This document shows, in pieces, positions 8,821 through 18,831 of a stretch of 64,000 bases of DNA. The translations under genes and the position numbers were made by a program. This stretch comes from a virus. The stretch lies in the IMG/VR virus record IMGVR_UViG_3300045284_000330, positions 1-64,000 of that record. One strand, 5' to 3'. A model generated the notes under the pieces. It was not told the DNA's origin, ran no database searches, and saw nothing but the letters and a program-made list of their open reading frames with translations. Numbering within the stretch: position 1 is the first letter of the stretch; the number at the start of each line of letters is the position of its first letter.

Positions 8821-10464
8821 TTACGCGCCCGCGCCCGTCTGGGCGTGCGTCGGCTGTTTCCACGCGTTGCTCATTCTGGCGACGTAGTCGGCATAGGCCG
8901 CGTCTCTGAGCGCCCGGGGATCGCTCGCAGCGCCTCCCCCGCGGCCCAGCATCGACAGGCTGTCGGCCAGACGATCCGTGCCGGTGCGCGGCTTGAGATC
9001 CGCCGTCACCGCCTTGAAGGCGCCGATCATCTCCGCGTCGGTGAGCTGCTTGGTGGCGGCATCGCCCAGCTTGGCGCAGACGACCGCGCGCCTGATCTCG
9101 GCGGCCGAGGACTTCGCCGTCAGATCCATCTTGCCCTCCAGCGCCGCGTCGGCCTTGAGGAGCAGATCGATCTTCTCGTTCACCGCGTCGTCGACCTTGG
9201 CGACCGCATCCTCGAGCTGCTTCTTGAGCGCAGTGTTCTCGCCCTTCAGGGCGGCAAACGCGGCATCTTTCTCGCCGCGCTCTTTCTTCTCCCGCTCTTG
9301 CTCCGCCTCGACGTCCTCGTCCTTCTTCTTGGCGTCGGCGAGCTGCTTCGTCAGCGCTGCAAGATGATCGGTGACGTGCTTGGCCGCGAGTTCGGTGGCA
9401 AACTCGATCGTCTGCCCGTCAATGAGCGTCTTCACCAACATTTGGCCGTCTCCTTCATATCCTTCGTCCCCGAGGCGCAATCGCGATCCGCCTCTGGCAG
9501 CGGGGACGACAGCCAGGTGATTTCCGCGTATCGCTGTTTGGATTGCGTCGTAGGCCTCGCCGTCAGGCGTGGTGCCCTTTTCCCACTTCAGCTCGGTGGA
9601 ATAGCCGACCGAAAGCTCCCGCACCCCGTCGCGCTCGTAGGCGCGGATGGCCTTGCCATCCATGATCAACATCGGCACGCGCACGGTGTCGCCGTCGCGG
9701 GTGACCTCATCGCCAATGTGGCCGATGGCGTATTTTTCCCAGTTATTCGAATCGACCATGTCGGGCGGGTGATCGAACGTGATCGGCTTGTGCGCCATGC
9801 TCTGCATCGCCGCCTTCGAGAAAACCTCCTCGGGCGGCCGATAAACTCGCACCACCGCCATATCCGGGACGCCTAGCTCACTGCCCCCATACTCCTGGAT
9901 TCCGGTGCGGGCGATGCGCGCAGAGGCGACGAGATAGCCATCCGCGCTCTTGCGGATTTTGCCGCCATCGACGACAAGCCGGATGCTGTCCCGCATCCGG
10001 CGGCCGTCGGCCACGTCGTCGTCATCATCATCATCGTCATCGTCGTCGGGTGGCCGGCGCCGGTCTTCGAGACTGGCGGGAATTCCGACATAGCCCTCGC
10101 CGGAGCAGGTCGCGCAGACCTCGCCGTCATCGTCCACCCCATCGCCGCCGCAGTCGGGGCACGGGGCGGCATCCTCCATCGCTTCGGCCGGATCGCTGTC
10201 CCAGTTCTCGGGAAGCAGCTCAGTCGCGCCGAGCGCCTTCGCCCGCTTCTTGATCCAGGCCTTGGTCGCCGGCTTGTCCTCGGCGCGGCCGAACGCCTGA
10301 ATGGCCCGTTTCAAATCGGCGCGATTCTCGATCGGGTATGCCCCCGAACCGGGCATCGCCTTGCCCTGCTTCGCGAGCGTCTCGCGCCGGGCCGCGGTGA
10401 ATTCCTTGTCTCGGATTGGTCCCGGAGACTTCATCCGGGATGCTGGCGGCGAGCGCTTGCTCAT
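8821..10464 (-). CDS. Prohead protease/scaffold (DUF2213) with N-terminal extension
   Basis: ARTGIQEY, KPITFDHP, ELSVGY, GNHLAVVPAARGG; coiled-coil C-terminus. Confidence 0.9.
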   Translation of the reverse strand: MSKRSPPASRMKSPGPIRDKEFTAARRETLAKQGKAMPGSGAYPIENRADLKRAIQAFGRAEDKPATKAWIKKRAKALGATELLPENWDSDPAEAMEDAAPCPDCGGDGVDDDGEVCATCSGEGYVGIPASLEDRRRPPDDDDDDDDDDDVADGRRMRDSIRLVVDGGKIRKSADGYLVASARIARTGIQEYGGSELGVPDMAVVRVYRPPEEVFSKAAMQSMAHKPITFDHPPDMVDSNNWEKYAIGHIGDEVTRDGDTVRVPMLIMDGKAIRAYERDGVRELSVGYSTELKWEKGTTPDGEAYDAIQTAIRGNHLAVVPAARGGSRLRLGDEGYEGDGQMLVKTLIDGQTIEFATELAAKHVTDHLAALTKQLADAKKKDEDVEAEQEREKKERGEKDAAFAALKGENTALKKQLEDAVAKVDDAVNEKIDLLLKADAALEGKMDLTAKSSAAEIRRAVVCAKLGDAATKQLTDAEMIGAFKAVTADLKPRTGTDRLADSLSMLGRGGGAASDPRALRDAAYADYVARMSNAWKQPTHAQTGAGA

Positions 10465-10744
10465 ATCCGGCTTTCCGCAGGCCCATTCCTGGGCACCGCG
10501 CGGAGCAAAACTGCCGGCATCGCGGACAGAAGTGACGCAAAACGAAAATTATGTCAAATCGCGCAATCGGCGCTTAACAAGCACGGCTGGGGGAAAGAGG
10601 CGCGATGCGCCGACGCAGCACCGCCGCGCCGGCAAGTCACAGGGAGAAAAACCACAAGAAGAGCAAGCATGCTAAGCCGCGCTTTCAAGATGTGTCAAGC
10701 GCGGGTAAAGTGCCGGCCAAGCAAGAGGCGATGCCGAAAGAGCC

Positions 10745-11326
10745 ATGAGCCTTCCGCAGATCAAGGTCGAGGAGGCGCAAGACCTCCGCAAGCTTCGCCC
10801 CGACTGCATGATGTCGGCCCGGGAGCGCGCGATTCTCGTGACGCTTCTTCGGGAGATCAGCGCCAAAACGGTGATCGAGATCGGCGTCCATGAGGGCCGG
10901 TGCGCCGAAATCATACTGCTCAACGTCCCCACCATCGTCAGCTACGTCGGCATCGACGTCGAGCGCGGCTACGTGCCCAGCAAGCCGAGCCAGCGGATGG
11001 AAATTCCGGCAAAGCCGGGCGAATTCGCGGTCGATGATGTGCGCTTCACGCTGATAACGAGGCCCCGCGGGTCATTGGACCTGTCGCACTGCGACCTGCC
11101 GATGTGCGACGCGATGATTATCGATGGCGATCATGGGCGCGAGGCTGTCGTGCACGACACCAAACTCGCGGCGCAGCTGGTTTACCCGTGCGGAACCACA
11201 ATATGGCACGACTACCATCCCGATGGTGACCCGGTGCTGGACGTGAGCGCGATGCTGGAGCAATTCGCCATGGATATGCGGATCGAGCATATCCAGGACA
11301 CCTGGCTCGCAATCATGAGGGCATGA
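10745..11326 (+). CDS. Class I SAM methyltransferase (Methyltransf_24-like, small molecule or sugar)
   Basis: VIEIGVHEG, IIDGDH, WHDY motifs. Confidence 0.8.
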   Translation: MSLPQIKVEEAQDLRKLRPDCMMSARERAILVTLLREISAKTVIEIGVHEGRCAEIILLNVPTIVSYVGIDVERGYVPSKPSQRMEIPAKPGEFAVDDVRFTLITRPRGSLDLSHCDLPMCDAMIIDGDHGREAVVHDTKLAAQLVYPCGTTIWHDYHPDGDPVLDVSAMLEQFAMDMRIEHIQDTWLAIMRA

Positions 11327-11336
11327 CGCCGCTGCG

Positions 11337-12446
11337 ATGGCTTCCATCCAAGTCCTGCACGGCGATTGCCTCGCGCTGCTGCCGACGCTCGCGGAAACCT
11401 CGATCGACGCTATCATCACCGATCCGCCATACGGAATTGGATTTATGGGCCGGAACTGGGATCACGGCGTTCCCGGCGTTCCCTTTTGGGCGGCGATGCT
11501 GCGTGTCCTCAAGCCCGGCGGCCACCTCGTCGCCTTCGGCGGCGCGCGCACCTATCACCGCTTGGCATGCGCGATCGAGGACGCCGGCTTCGAGATACGC
11601 GACCAGATCATGTGGCTGTACGGTAGCGGCTTTCCCAAAAGTCTCGACGTGGGAAAGGCGACGACGTTTCACGGCCCGACCTTATCCGGCACGCCTCTTG
11701 ATGACGGCAAATGGCAAGGCTTTGGCACAGCGCTAAAGCCCGCCCACGAGCCGATCGTCCTCGCACGAAAGCCGCTCATCGGCACGGTGGCGGCCAATGT
11801 GCTGGCGCATGGCGTCGGGGCACTTAATGTAGATGCTTGTCGCGTCGAAAGTGACGGAACGCACGGAAGCGCTGATAGTGTCGGGAAAGGTGCAGGGCGC
11901 AGCACCGCAAATGTTAATGGTAATGCTTATGGGAATGGTTTGGGTGGCATTGTGGCTGCCCCACACCCTGCAGGCCGCTGGCCCGCCAACGTCATCCACG
12001 ACGGCAGCGACGAGGTGATGGGGGCGTTTCCTGACTCGGCCCCATCGTCTGGACGGCCTCGCAACAACAAAGCAAGCATCGGCTATGGCGGCTCCGATGT
12101 TGATTTCCTAACGGTGGGATATGAAGATGCTGGAGGCTCTGCCGCCCGGTTCTTTTATTCGAGCAAGGCCGACAAGGACGATCGCCTTTCCTCCAGGCAT
12201 CCCACGGTGAAGCCAGTCGACCTGATGGCGTACCTCTGCCGCTTGGTGTGTCCTCCCGGCGGCCTAATTTTGGACCCCTTTGCCGGCAGCGGCTCGACCG
12301 GCATGGCCTGCATGCGGGAAGGCTTCGACGCCATCCTGATCGAGCGTGAGGCGGAATATGTCGCGGACATCAGGCGCAAGATCGCGCATGTGTCGGGAGA
12401 GGATACGCCGCTGTTCACGAGGACCGCCGCATGCCCGCCGCGCTGA
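11337..12446 (+). CDS. DNA N6-adenine/N4-cytosine methyltransferase (beta class)
   Basis: TDPPY precedes HPTVKP and LDPFAGSGSTG. Confidence 0.92.
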   Translation: MASIQVLHGDCLALLPTLAETSIDAIITDPPYGIGFMGRNWDHGVPGVPFWAAMLRVLKPGGHLVAFGGARTYHRLACAIEDAGFEIRDQIMWLYGSGFPKSLDVGKATTFHGPTLSGTPLDDGKWQGFGTALKPAHEPIVLARKPLIGTVAANVLAHGVGALNVDACRVESDGTHGSADSVGKGAGRSTANVNGNAYGNGLGGIVAAPHPAGRWPANVIHDGSDEVMGAFPDSAPSSGRPRNNKASIGYGGSDVDFLTVGYEDAGGSAARFFYSSKADKDDRLSSRHPTVKPVDLMAYLCRLVCPPGGLILDPFAGSGSTGMACMREGFDAILIEREAEYVADIRRKIAHVSGEDTPLFTRTAACPPR

Positions 12447-12689
12447 TCACCTGGAACGACGACCTGGTGGCCGATCTGCGCAGCAGATTCGCCGCCGAAG
12501 ATGCCGCGCGGCAGCAGGCCCTGCTGCCTCATCAACATCACCAACGAGACCTGCCGGTGGCCGCTGTGGGACGAAGCCCCCGATGCGCCGCGGCTGTTCT
12601 GCGGAGCGGCCGACGCCAAGCTTCATGAGGGCATGCCGTATTGCGCCGAGCATGCGAGGCTCGCGTTCGGGCATGCACCACACCGATAA
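12431..12689 (+). pseudogene. GcrA-like regulator, internally deleted and split across two frames
   Basis: TWNDDLVADLR in one frame; TCRWPLW...FCG...GMPYCAEHARLAF in the +1 frame. Confidence 0.7.
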
Positions 12690-12775
12690 TGCCAATGCAT
12701 GCAATTCATTTCGACGCGATCCATTGCTAATCCAGGCCAAAAAATTGCTTTTCCGCGCCAGTCCACACACTCGGC

Positions 12776-12816
12776 GTTAAGCTCGGCTTGACGACGGGGC
12801 TGCGCCCGCCTAACAC
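12776..12816 (+). promoter_or_regulatory. Operator GTTAAG-CTCGG-CTTGAC overlapping promoter TTGACG-N17-TAACAC
   Basis: Read directly; one of 11 related sites. Confidence 0.7.
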
Positions 12817-12850
12817 CGCGGCATGGGGGGCTCAGCCAGGAAAGAGCCTC

Positions 12851-13159
12851 GTGAAAACTATCATTCTACTTTTGCTAGCCACCATCCCAGCATCCGCGGC
12901 CGGCGGCATCATTTATCCGCCGCCAAACCCAAAGGATCAGTCCTGCTTCGCCAAGTCCGTTCGCCAATTCCCATGGGCCTCCCAGAACGCGCAGCAGCGC
13001 AGGGCACAAGCTGATTGCGAAGCCGCGAGCGACGACATCAACACGCTGGATCACCTAATTCGCGATCTGCCTGCCGGGACATGCGCCAGCATCGGGCGCG
13101 CTGGTCAGGGATGGGCCCCCGGCGGCAACGGATACATCTCCGTCTGCAAGAAAGGATGA
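12851..13159 (+). CDS. Small secreted Cys-containing protein
   Basis: Signal peptide MKTIILLLLATIPASA; four Cys. Confidence 0.65.
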   Translation: MKTIILLLLATIPASAAGGIIYPPPNPKDQSCFAKSVRQFPWASQNAQQRRAQADCEAASDDINTLDHLIRDLPAGTCASIGRAGQGWAPGGNGYISVCKKG

Positions 13160-13163
13160 GCGT

Positions 13164-13400
13164 ATGAAAACCATCGCGATAGCGCTTGCACTCGCAAGTG
13201 CCGCAACACCAGCAACCGCCGCCTGCACATTCTGGCCAGGACAGGACAACAGAGCCTGGGAAAACTGCATGCAACTGGAACGCCAGAAAATAGAACTGCA
13301 GCGGTTGCAAAGCCAGCAATGGCTCCAGGAACAGCAGCTCAGACAGATCCAACAGCAAAGCGCCAGACCGCAAAATTGCGGCTCAAGGCGGTGCAGCTAA
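13164..13400 (+). CDS. Small secreted Gln-rich protein
   Basis: Signal peptide MKTIAIALALASAATPATA. Confidence 0.7.
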   Translation: MKTIAIALALASAATPATAACTFWPGQDNRAWENCMQLERQKIELQRLQSQQWLQEQQLRQIQQQSARPQNCGSRRCS

Positions 13401-13426
13401 ATATCCCGGGAGCCCGGAACCCGTCC

Positions 13427-13690
13427 ATGGAAATCCTGCTATTCCTCATCCTGCTCTGCCTCCTCCCCCGCGCGGTGTGGAGCGGACTCGGATGGATCAT
13501 CATCTGCGTGCTGATCGCGTTTGTGGTCGCCGACCATGACACCAATAGCCAGAAGGGTGCGAAAAAAGAGGCCGAATTAAAGATCGCGCCGACGCAATGC
13601 TTCGAGCGGTTGCAAAACCCAACGCAAAAGCCGGAGAGATGCCCGCCAGCATGGCGCTACGACCCACAATCCGGCGCGTGGACACCGTGA
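13427..13690 (+). CDS. Small membrane protein
   Basis: Two hydrophobic segments. Confidence 0.6.
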   Translation: MEILLFLILLCLLPRAVWSGLGWIIICVLIAFVVADHDTNSQKGAKKEAELKIAPTQCFERLQNPTQKPERCPPAWRYDPQSGAWTP

Positions 13691-13959
13691 CACTCATCAT
13701 CATCCTGCTTTTTCTCATCCTGCTGTGCCTGCTGCCGGGCGCAGCATGGAGAGTCATCTACGAAGTCTTGGGTGGACTCTTCTTCATCGGCTTGGTGACC
13801 TGGATATGGCCAGACTACACCGCCAATCCAGAGTTCATCGTCGGCACTCTGATCATAATAGGCTTCAATGCGGTGCGAGCGATCAAGACCCCCAAAACAG
13901 CAAAAGTCGCCGTCACCATCGTTGAGGATCGCGGTCGCATATCCGGGCAAAACAAATGA
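13687..13959 (+). CDS. Small membrane protein with N-terminus paralogous to the preceding gene
   Basis: Shared ILLFLILLCLLPxAxW; three hydrophobic segments. Confidence 0.6.
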   Translation: MTLIIILLFLILLCLLPGAAWRVIYEVLGGLFFIGLVTWIWPDYTANPEFIVGTLIIIGFNAVRAIKTPKTAKVAVTIVEDRGRISGQNK

Positions 13960-14330
13960 CCGATGCCATCCGAGTTGAAAACTCCACAGATGTCGACGTG
14001 ACCGAATGGAATATGGCCGACGAGCTGAACCTCGACGAGTGGCTCAGCAAAACCATCGGCAAGATGCTCGATGACAACCCCCCGATCCTGCAAATCCCCG
14101 TCGTCTCAGACAACGAGATTGCCGACCCGCTGACCATCCACATCTGCATCCCGCTGACCAACGACGTTTGGGATGGGCCGACATGGTCGATATCCCTGGC
14201 CGACGTCCTGAAGCCATACCTTGACGACGCCCGCGAGGACGGAAGCTACAGCAAAGGCCTGTCGCGCCTCGCCGACGCGCTCGATGGCCTGAGCAAAACC
14301 ATCCGGGAAACCCTGGCGGCCCCGCCATGA
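13956..14330 (+). CDS. Hypothetical acidic protein
   Basis: ATGA-coupled ORF. Confidence 0.6.
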   Translation: MTDAIRVENSTDVDVTEWNMADELNLDEWLSKTIGKMLDDNPPILQIPVVSDNEIADPLTIHICIPLTNDVWDGPTWSISLADVLKPYLDDAREDGSYSKGLSRLADALDGLSKTIRETLAAPP

Positions 14331-14500
14331 CAACCGACCCCCGACGACCGCGCCAAGGCCGCAATGCGCCATTGCGTTAGGCGGCAGGTAGTGCGAAGGC
14401 ATGATCAATTCGCCGCGGCAGCACAGCCGGCAGCCGTTGCATGGCACACGGCGCAGTTCGATCAAAGAGCCATCCAATCTCGTCATTCCGTCCAACGCGC

Positions 14501-14944
14501 TCACAGCGCAGGCGCCGACCCATGGCCATCCCCGCGACATCCGCGCCCGCGCCGCCGCGGCCGCGCCGGCAAGCTCTCCGCCGCAACCGGTATCACCCGC
14601 CGCAAAAACAACACCGCCGGCCCGGCAATGTGCGGCAGCCCATCAGGATCATCGTCGGGATGAAGCAGCAGATGCGCCGCCCGATAAAACCGCGTCGCCT
14701 CCTCGTTCACCGGCAAACGCCGCAGAACCGCCGTCTCGCCGTAGAACAGGTCAACCGTGTCGCGTTCTCGCGCACGCTCCCATTCCCCCGCGGGCGCGAG
14801 CACCTGGACGTGGTGCATCGCCATGCCGGATAAATGCGGCTCGACAACCAGCCGCAACTCGGCCCTCGTCGGGAACTCCGGCAGATCAACTACATTGACG
14901 CTGGTTTCGCCCTCGACCGTCAGCACATTTAAAATCGTCTCCAT
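14501..14944 (-). CDS. Hypothetical phage protein (DUF3846-like)
   Basis: LPVNEEAT...IAGPAVL. Confidence 0.55.
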   Translation of the reverse strand: METILNVLTVEGETSVNVVDLPEFPTRAELRLVVEPHLSGMAMHHVQVLAPAGEWERARERDTVDLFYGETAVLRRLPVNEEATRFYRAAHLLLHPDDDPDGLPHIAGPAVLFLRRVIPVAAESLPARPRRRGRGCRGDGHGSAPAL

Positions 14945-15284
14945 CCGCGTGCCCCCTCCGCGGGCGCGCGCCCCCGCACGCCGCATAGCGTCCCGTGGCC
15001 GGCAGGAGGTCGGCATCCACGCACGTCGTGGAGGCTTCTGCGAGCAAGGTCCACGGAAAAGTTACTTCACAACGTCAACCGTTGGCCGTGCAAGACCGTT
15101 CGATGACGCCTCGATCAATTTTTAACGCAGATTTAATAGCTTTGGTCGTATTCGTGTGTGCACAACGTCCGTCAACCCCCCCGCCTGAGGGGTTGACGGC
15201 CGTTGCCGACTTCCTCGCCGCGCTCGACCCGGACTACACAAAAACGTTATGGAAAACGAGGCATTGCCTTGAGACACTTGGCAA

Positions 15285-15602
15285 ATGCCCCGCCGCCCAA
15301 ATACAATCCAGCAGCACAAGGTCGCCAAGCGCATTACCGCGCTGCGGCAAGCGCGCGGAATGACCAAAGCCGCCTTCGCCCGCAGCTGCGGGATCACACC
15401 GCAAGAGATCGGCAACTACGAGACCGGCGGCCGACTGCCATCAATACCCGCAGCACACAAAATCTGCCTCGCCCACGGCGTGAGCTTCGATTACATCTAT
15501 CGCGGAATCCTCAAAGATTTGCCGGACGACCTGCGCGAGCGCATCCCAGCCCTGCTGGCACGGCCAAAAGAACCGCCGCGGCCACGGCGGGAAAAGCGGT
15601 AG
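15285..15602 (+). CDS. XRE-family HTH regulator
   Basis: RITALRQARGMTKAAFARSCGITPQEIGNYETGGRLP...VSFDYIY. Confidence 0.85.
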   Translation: MPRRPNTIQQHKVAKRITALRQARGMTKAAFARSCGITPQEIGNYETGGRLPSIPAAHKICLAHGVSFDYIYRGILKDLPDDLRERIPALLARPKEPPRPRREKR

Positions 15603-15665
15603 CCCCCGTCCTCAACCATCAAGCCATCCTTGACGCCACCGCACCCGCGGCGCAGGCTCTCCACC

Positions 15666-15914
15666 ATGACCCAAGTCCTGTTCGACAAACTCGCCTACAT
15701 GGACCGCCTCACCCGGGCCGGCATCAACGAAACCCAGGCCCGCGCCCACGCGGAAGCCATGGAAGAGGCGCTGCGAGAAAGCGTGGCGACCAAGTCTGAC
15801 GTCCGCGATCTCGAAAACAAGATCGAAATCGCCGTCCGCGATATGACAATCCGAACCGGAGCAATGCTCATCGTCCTGTTCGGAGCACTCGCATCAATCA
15901 AATTCTTCGGATGA
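15666..15914 (+). CDS. DUF1640/CCDC90-like coiled-coil protein with C-terminal membrane anchor
   Basis: FDKLAYMDRL.RAG...QARA...VATKSD followed by a hydrophobic tail. Confidence 0.85.
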   Translation: MTQVLFDKLAYMDRLTRAGINETQARAHAEAMEEALRESVATKSDVRDLENKIEIAVRDMTIRTGAMLIVLFGALASIKFFG

Positions 15915-16392
15915 ACGCTGAAACCGATCCGGGTCACGCTCGATCAACTCCCGCATTTGACGATCCGCTTCAATGAAGAATTCCGTGATATCCAGAATCC
16001 CTCGGAGTAGCGCCACGCCCTTGACTTGGGCTAGTCGCACCTCGATCTCGCGGCGCAGCTCGACGCGCTCGATCACCTTGTCAGCCTGAATATCTGCACC
16101 CATCGCGCATGGCCCTCAGCGCCACCGGTCTCGCTCGGCAGCGTCTTCGTCTTCCTTCAAGCAAGCGTCGCACACGGCATTATCCGGCACCGGCTCCTCA
16201 AAGTGCGGCCACTCCCAAACGACATGACAGCAGAAAGCGCAGATCGGGAACGTCACCGAATGTGGTGGCGACAACCTTTTGTAGCTTCCATCTTTCCACC
16301 CAATCGGGGAGTCAAAATCATCAAACAGCGGACCACGCCAGCATTTGGCTTTCGTTTCATCATCGCGTTTTGGTGGCGTGTACTTCATCGCT

Positions 16393-16599
16393 TCATCTTC
16401 GGATGAGCGCATAACGCAGACGCTTCGAACATCCGCACGTCCGCACCAAACCACGCCGCAGCCCACACGTCGACGCGTACGTCTCCCCACCACACTCGCA
16501 ACGGCAGCGCCAAATGATGTGCTTGTGCGCGTCAGCGCCATCCCGCCCAACCACAGTCAAACAGCCAAACCGCTGGCCGCGTAAATCAGCACGAGGCAT
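16393..16599 (-). CDS. Stand-alone GxxFG...CxCxCG...CGC domain
   Basis: DLRGQRFGCLTVV...WRCRCECG...LRRGLVRTCGC. Confidence 0.7.
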   Translation of the reverse strand: MPRADLRGQRFGCLTVVGRDGADAHKHIIWRCRCECGGETYASTCGLRRGLVRTCGCSKRLRYALIRR

Positions 16600-16872
16600 C
16601 CAAATCACACACCCGAAATAGCCCAGCCCGCAGCCGCCCCTACGGCAGTGCCAGCTGCGGGCCGACTGAACCATCCCGCGCTGCCGGGCGAAAACGAGAT
16701 GGCCAAAACACCCCTACACGATTTGTGATGCCCAGGCTATTGCCTCCCACACGCACGACAAGCGGCAGCGGTCATGCTTGCCGTGCAGGCATGCCGTCGA
16801 AAGATAGTCGTGGGGATCGGCTCTCGTCAGACGCTCGATCTCGTCGGCGCCAATCATAATGCTCCTCCGGGC

Positions 16873-17103
16873 CTACAGGTTGAACACCTTGACGAAGATG
16901 GCGCCGACCGCCGCACCCGCCGCAAAGACGGTGGCGGCCGCTGTGGCGCCAGCAAACACCGCCAGCCATGGCGCAATCCTGATCTCTTGCCTCAACCGGC
17001 CGGCTTGAGCCTGATTTTTATGAATGTCGGCCAACATCTGATCGATGCGCGTAACTTGTTCCCGCACATCGAGTGACGGCATTTCGTCAGAAAACGTTGT
17101 CAT
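16873..17103 (-). CDS. Small coiled-coil protein with C-terminal TM segment
   Basis: Heptad pattern then APWLAVFAGATAAATVFAAGAAVGAIFVKVF. Confidence 0.7.
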   Translation of the reverse strand: MTTFSDEMPSLDVREQVTRIDQMLADIHKNQAQAGRLRQEIRIAPWLAVFAGATAAATVFAAGAAVGAIFVKVFNL

Positions 17104-17167
17104 CCCACATCACTAGCCAATAAAGCCAAGCTTGACAACCGCGGCAGGCGCGGCGTTATTGGCGCCC
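17104..17167. promoter_or_regulatory. Divergent promoters sharing the operator ATAAAG-CCAAG-CTTGAC
   Basis: Minus strand TTGTCA-N17-TAGTGA-N6-ATG; plus strand TTGACA begins 36 nt before ATG 17168. Confidence 0.6.
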
Positions 17168-17395
17168 ATGGCCGACGTGACCCTCGAATTTCTCGCACGC
17201 CAATCCGAACGCATCCTGGATGAGCTTGCCGCCGCCCGCGCGGATCGCGCGCAAATCCTGAACGAAATGGCGACCATCCGCGAGGATATCGAAATCATGT
17301 CCGCCATGCTGCGGCGCATGGAAAGTTGGATGCGTCGCACAGACGACAGGGTGCGACGGCTCGAGGACAGAGTACCACCACGGCCACCACTATGA
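17168..17395 (+). CDS. Small coiled-coil protein
   Basis: MADVTLEFLARQSERIL...DDRVRRLED; paralog of 38105..38338. Confidence 0.7.
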   Translation: MADVTLEFLARQSERILDELAAARADRAQILNEMATIREDIEIMSAMLRRMESWMRRTDDRVRRLEDRVPPRPPL

Positions 17396-17663
17396 GGACC
17401 AGCCTCGACCAGCCACCGCAACGCAACTTTATTGCGCATAGCCGAAATCGCACGTAGGAAGCCCGCCCATGCGTTTTGCCTCGGGGGGGCTGTTCAGGTA
17501 CCGGCCACGGCGTTTAGGCCATCAGGCGAGGCTCCAGGCGCGGGCCGACACTATCCTGGGGATTGGGGACTGCTACGGCGGCGTTGGGCGGGCTGACACG
17601 CCGCACATCGGCGGCGCCACGGCGCCGGAATCGTCGCCATGACCGCGTTCACGTCTTCGGCCA

Positions 17664-17864
17664 TCACCTGAATCCTTCGATCCACCGGCGCACGCCAGCG
17701 CTGTCACCGCGGGCAGCCGTCATCATGCCGACCACCATCAGAGCCGAGTCATTGGGCGCATTCTCGACCTTGTTCAGATCGGAACCCATCGACGCGACTG
17801 CATTTACCAGATCGCCGCGATCGAGGTATTCGAGCGCCCGCTGCTTGCATTGCTCCAGCGTCAT
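17664..17864 (-). CDS. Hypothetical phage protein
   Basis: MTLEQCKQRALEYLDRGDL...RRWIEGF. Confidence 0.6.
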   Translation of the reverse strand: MTLEQCKQRALEYLDRGDLVNAVASMGSDLNKVENAPNDSALMVVGMMTAARGDSAGVRRWIEGFR

Positions 17865-17895
17865 TGCTTGGTCTCCACTTCCGCCATTTGCTCGG

Positions 17896-18522
17896 CTAGA
17901 ATCTCGCACCAATTCGCGCACGGTCTTTCTGCAGGTCGGCGGCGCTCACCCGACCCCGCGGACGCGTCAGCCCGCCCAACACCCGCCAGATCGTGGCCTC
18001 GCCGCACTCGTAATCACGCGCCAGCATCGCCAGCGTCTCACCCGCCGCATAACGCTCGGCAATCCGCCGACGCTGACCGGCATCGAGGAGCGACTTGCGC
18101 CCGAACTGCTTGCCCTGCGCCTTCGCCCGCTTGATGCCCTCGTCGCAGCGCGCCCGAATGAGCTTGCGCTCGAACTCGGCCATGCCCCCCATGATCGTCA
18201 AAATCAGCTCGCCATGCGGCGTCGTGGTGTCCAGCCACGGATCCTCGAGCGCCTTGATGTGCGCACCAGCCGCCTTGATGGCGTCAAGCAGCGAAAGCAG
18301 GTCGCGGATCGAGCGCGCCAGCCGATCAAGCCGCACCGTCACCAGCGTGTCGCCCGGCTCCAGCGCCCGGATCGCCTTGTCGAGAGCATGCCGACCGTCT
18401 GTCGACTTGCCCGAGGCCTTCTCGCTGAAAACCTTGGTGCAGCCGGCGGCCGTGAGCCGCTCGACCTGGCCGTCATAGTCCTGGCCCGTGGATGAAACGC
18501 GAGCGTAGCCGATCGTGGTCAT
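17896..18522 (-). CDS. Small serine recombinase (resolvase/invertase) with C-terminal HTH
   Basis: IGYARVSS, EKASG, RLDRLARS, AEFERKLI, FGRK. Confidence 0.95.
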   Translation of the reverse strand: MTTIGYARVSSTGQDYDGQVERLTAAGCTKVFSEKASGKSTDGRHALDKAIRALEPGDTLVTVRLDRLARSIRDLLSLLDAIKAAGAHIKALEDPWLDTTTPHGELILTIMGGMAEFERKLIRARCDEGIKRAKAQGKQFGRKSLLDAGQRRRIAERYAAGETLAMLARDYECGEATIWRVLGGLTRPRGRVSAADLQKDRARIGARF

Positions 18523-18560
18523 GGTGTTTCTTCCCGCCTTTTACCATCTCCGGGGGCCGG

Positions 18561-18831
18561 GAAGGGATCGGGTGGGCGGTCCGTGGCTCCTGTTCCAACC
18601 GAGTGTTTGGCGTACTGTGCGGCTTGCGCCCGGTTCTGCCTCAGCGGCGTGTTGACAGTTTGCGATGGCCGCCCGCCCGATCCCTTCGTCTTGCCCTACA
18701 GGGCCTTCCCAACTCTGTTCTGAAACTCCGGGGACGGTTCGGTGAACGGGTGATCTGAGGGCTTTCGCCTAGGACATCCGTTGCAGCGTATCGCGTCTGC
18801 AACAATGGACCTCACACCCGCTCACCGAACC
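18561..18831. ncRNA. Two candidate structured elements (18561-18687 and 18736-18831), RNA or DNA hairpins
   Basis: Closing stems of about 21 and 17 bp with internal stem-loops. Confidence 0.45.

Noticed and set aside
17896-18522. Transposon or IS around the resolvase
   Set aside because: No transposase or terminal inverted repeats; the ~32-bp similarity near 17118 and 18970 is the shared operator-promoter
18561-18831. Known riboswitch or ribozyme (c-di-GMP-I, hammerhead)
   Set aside because: Only a partial GCAAAC...ACGC resemblance; no hammerhead core; cannot be assigned by eye
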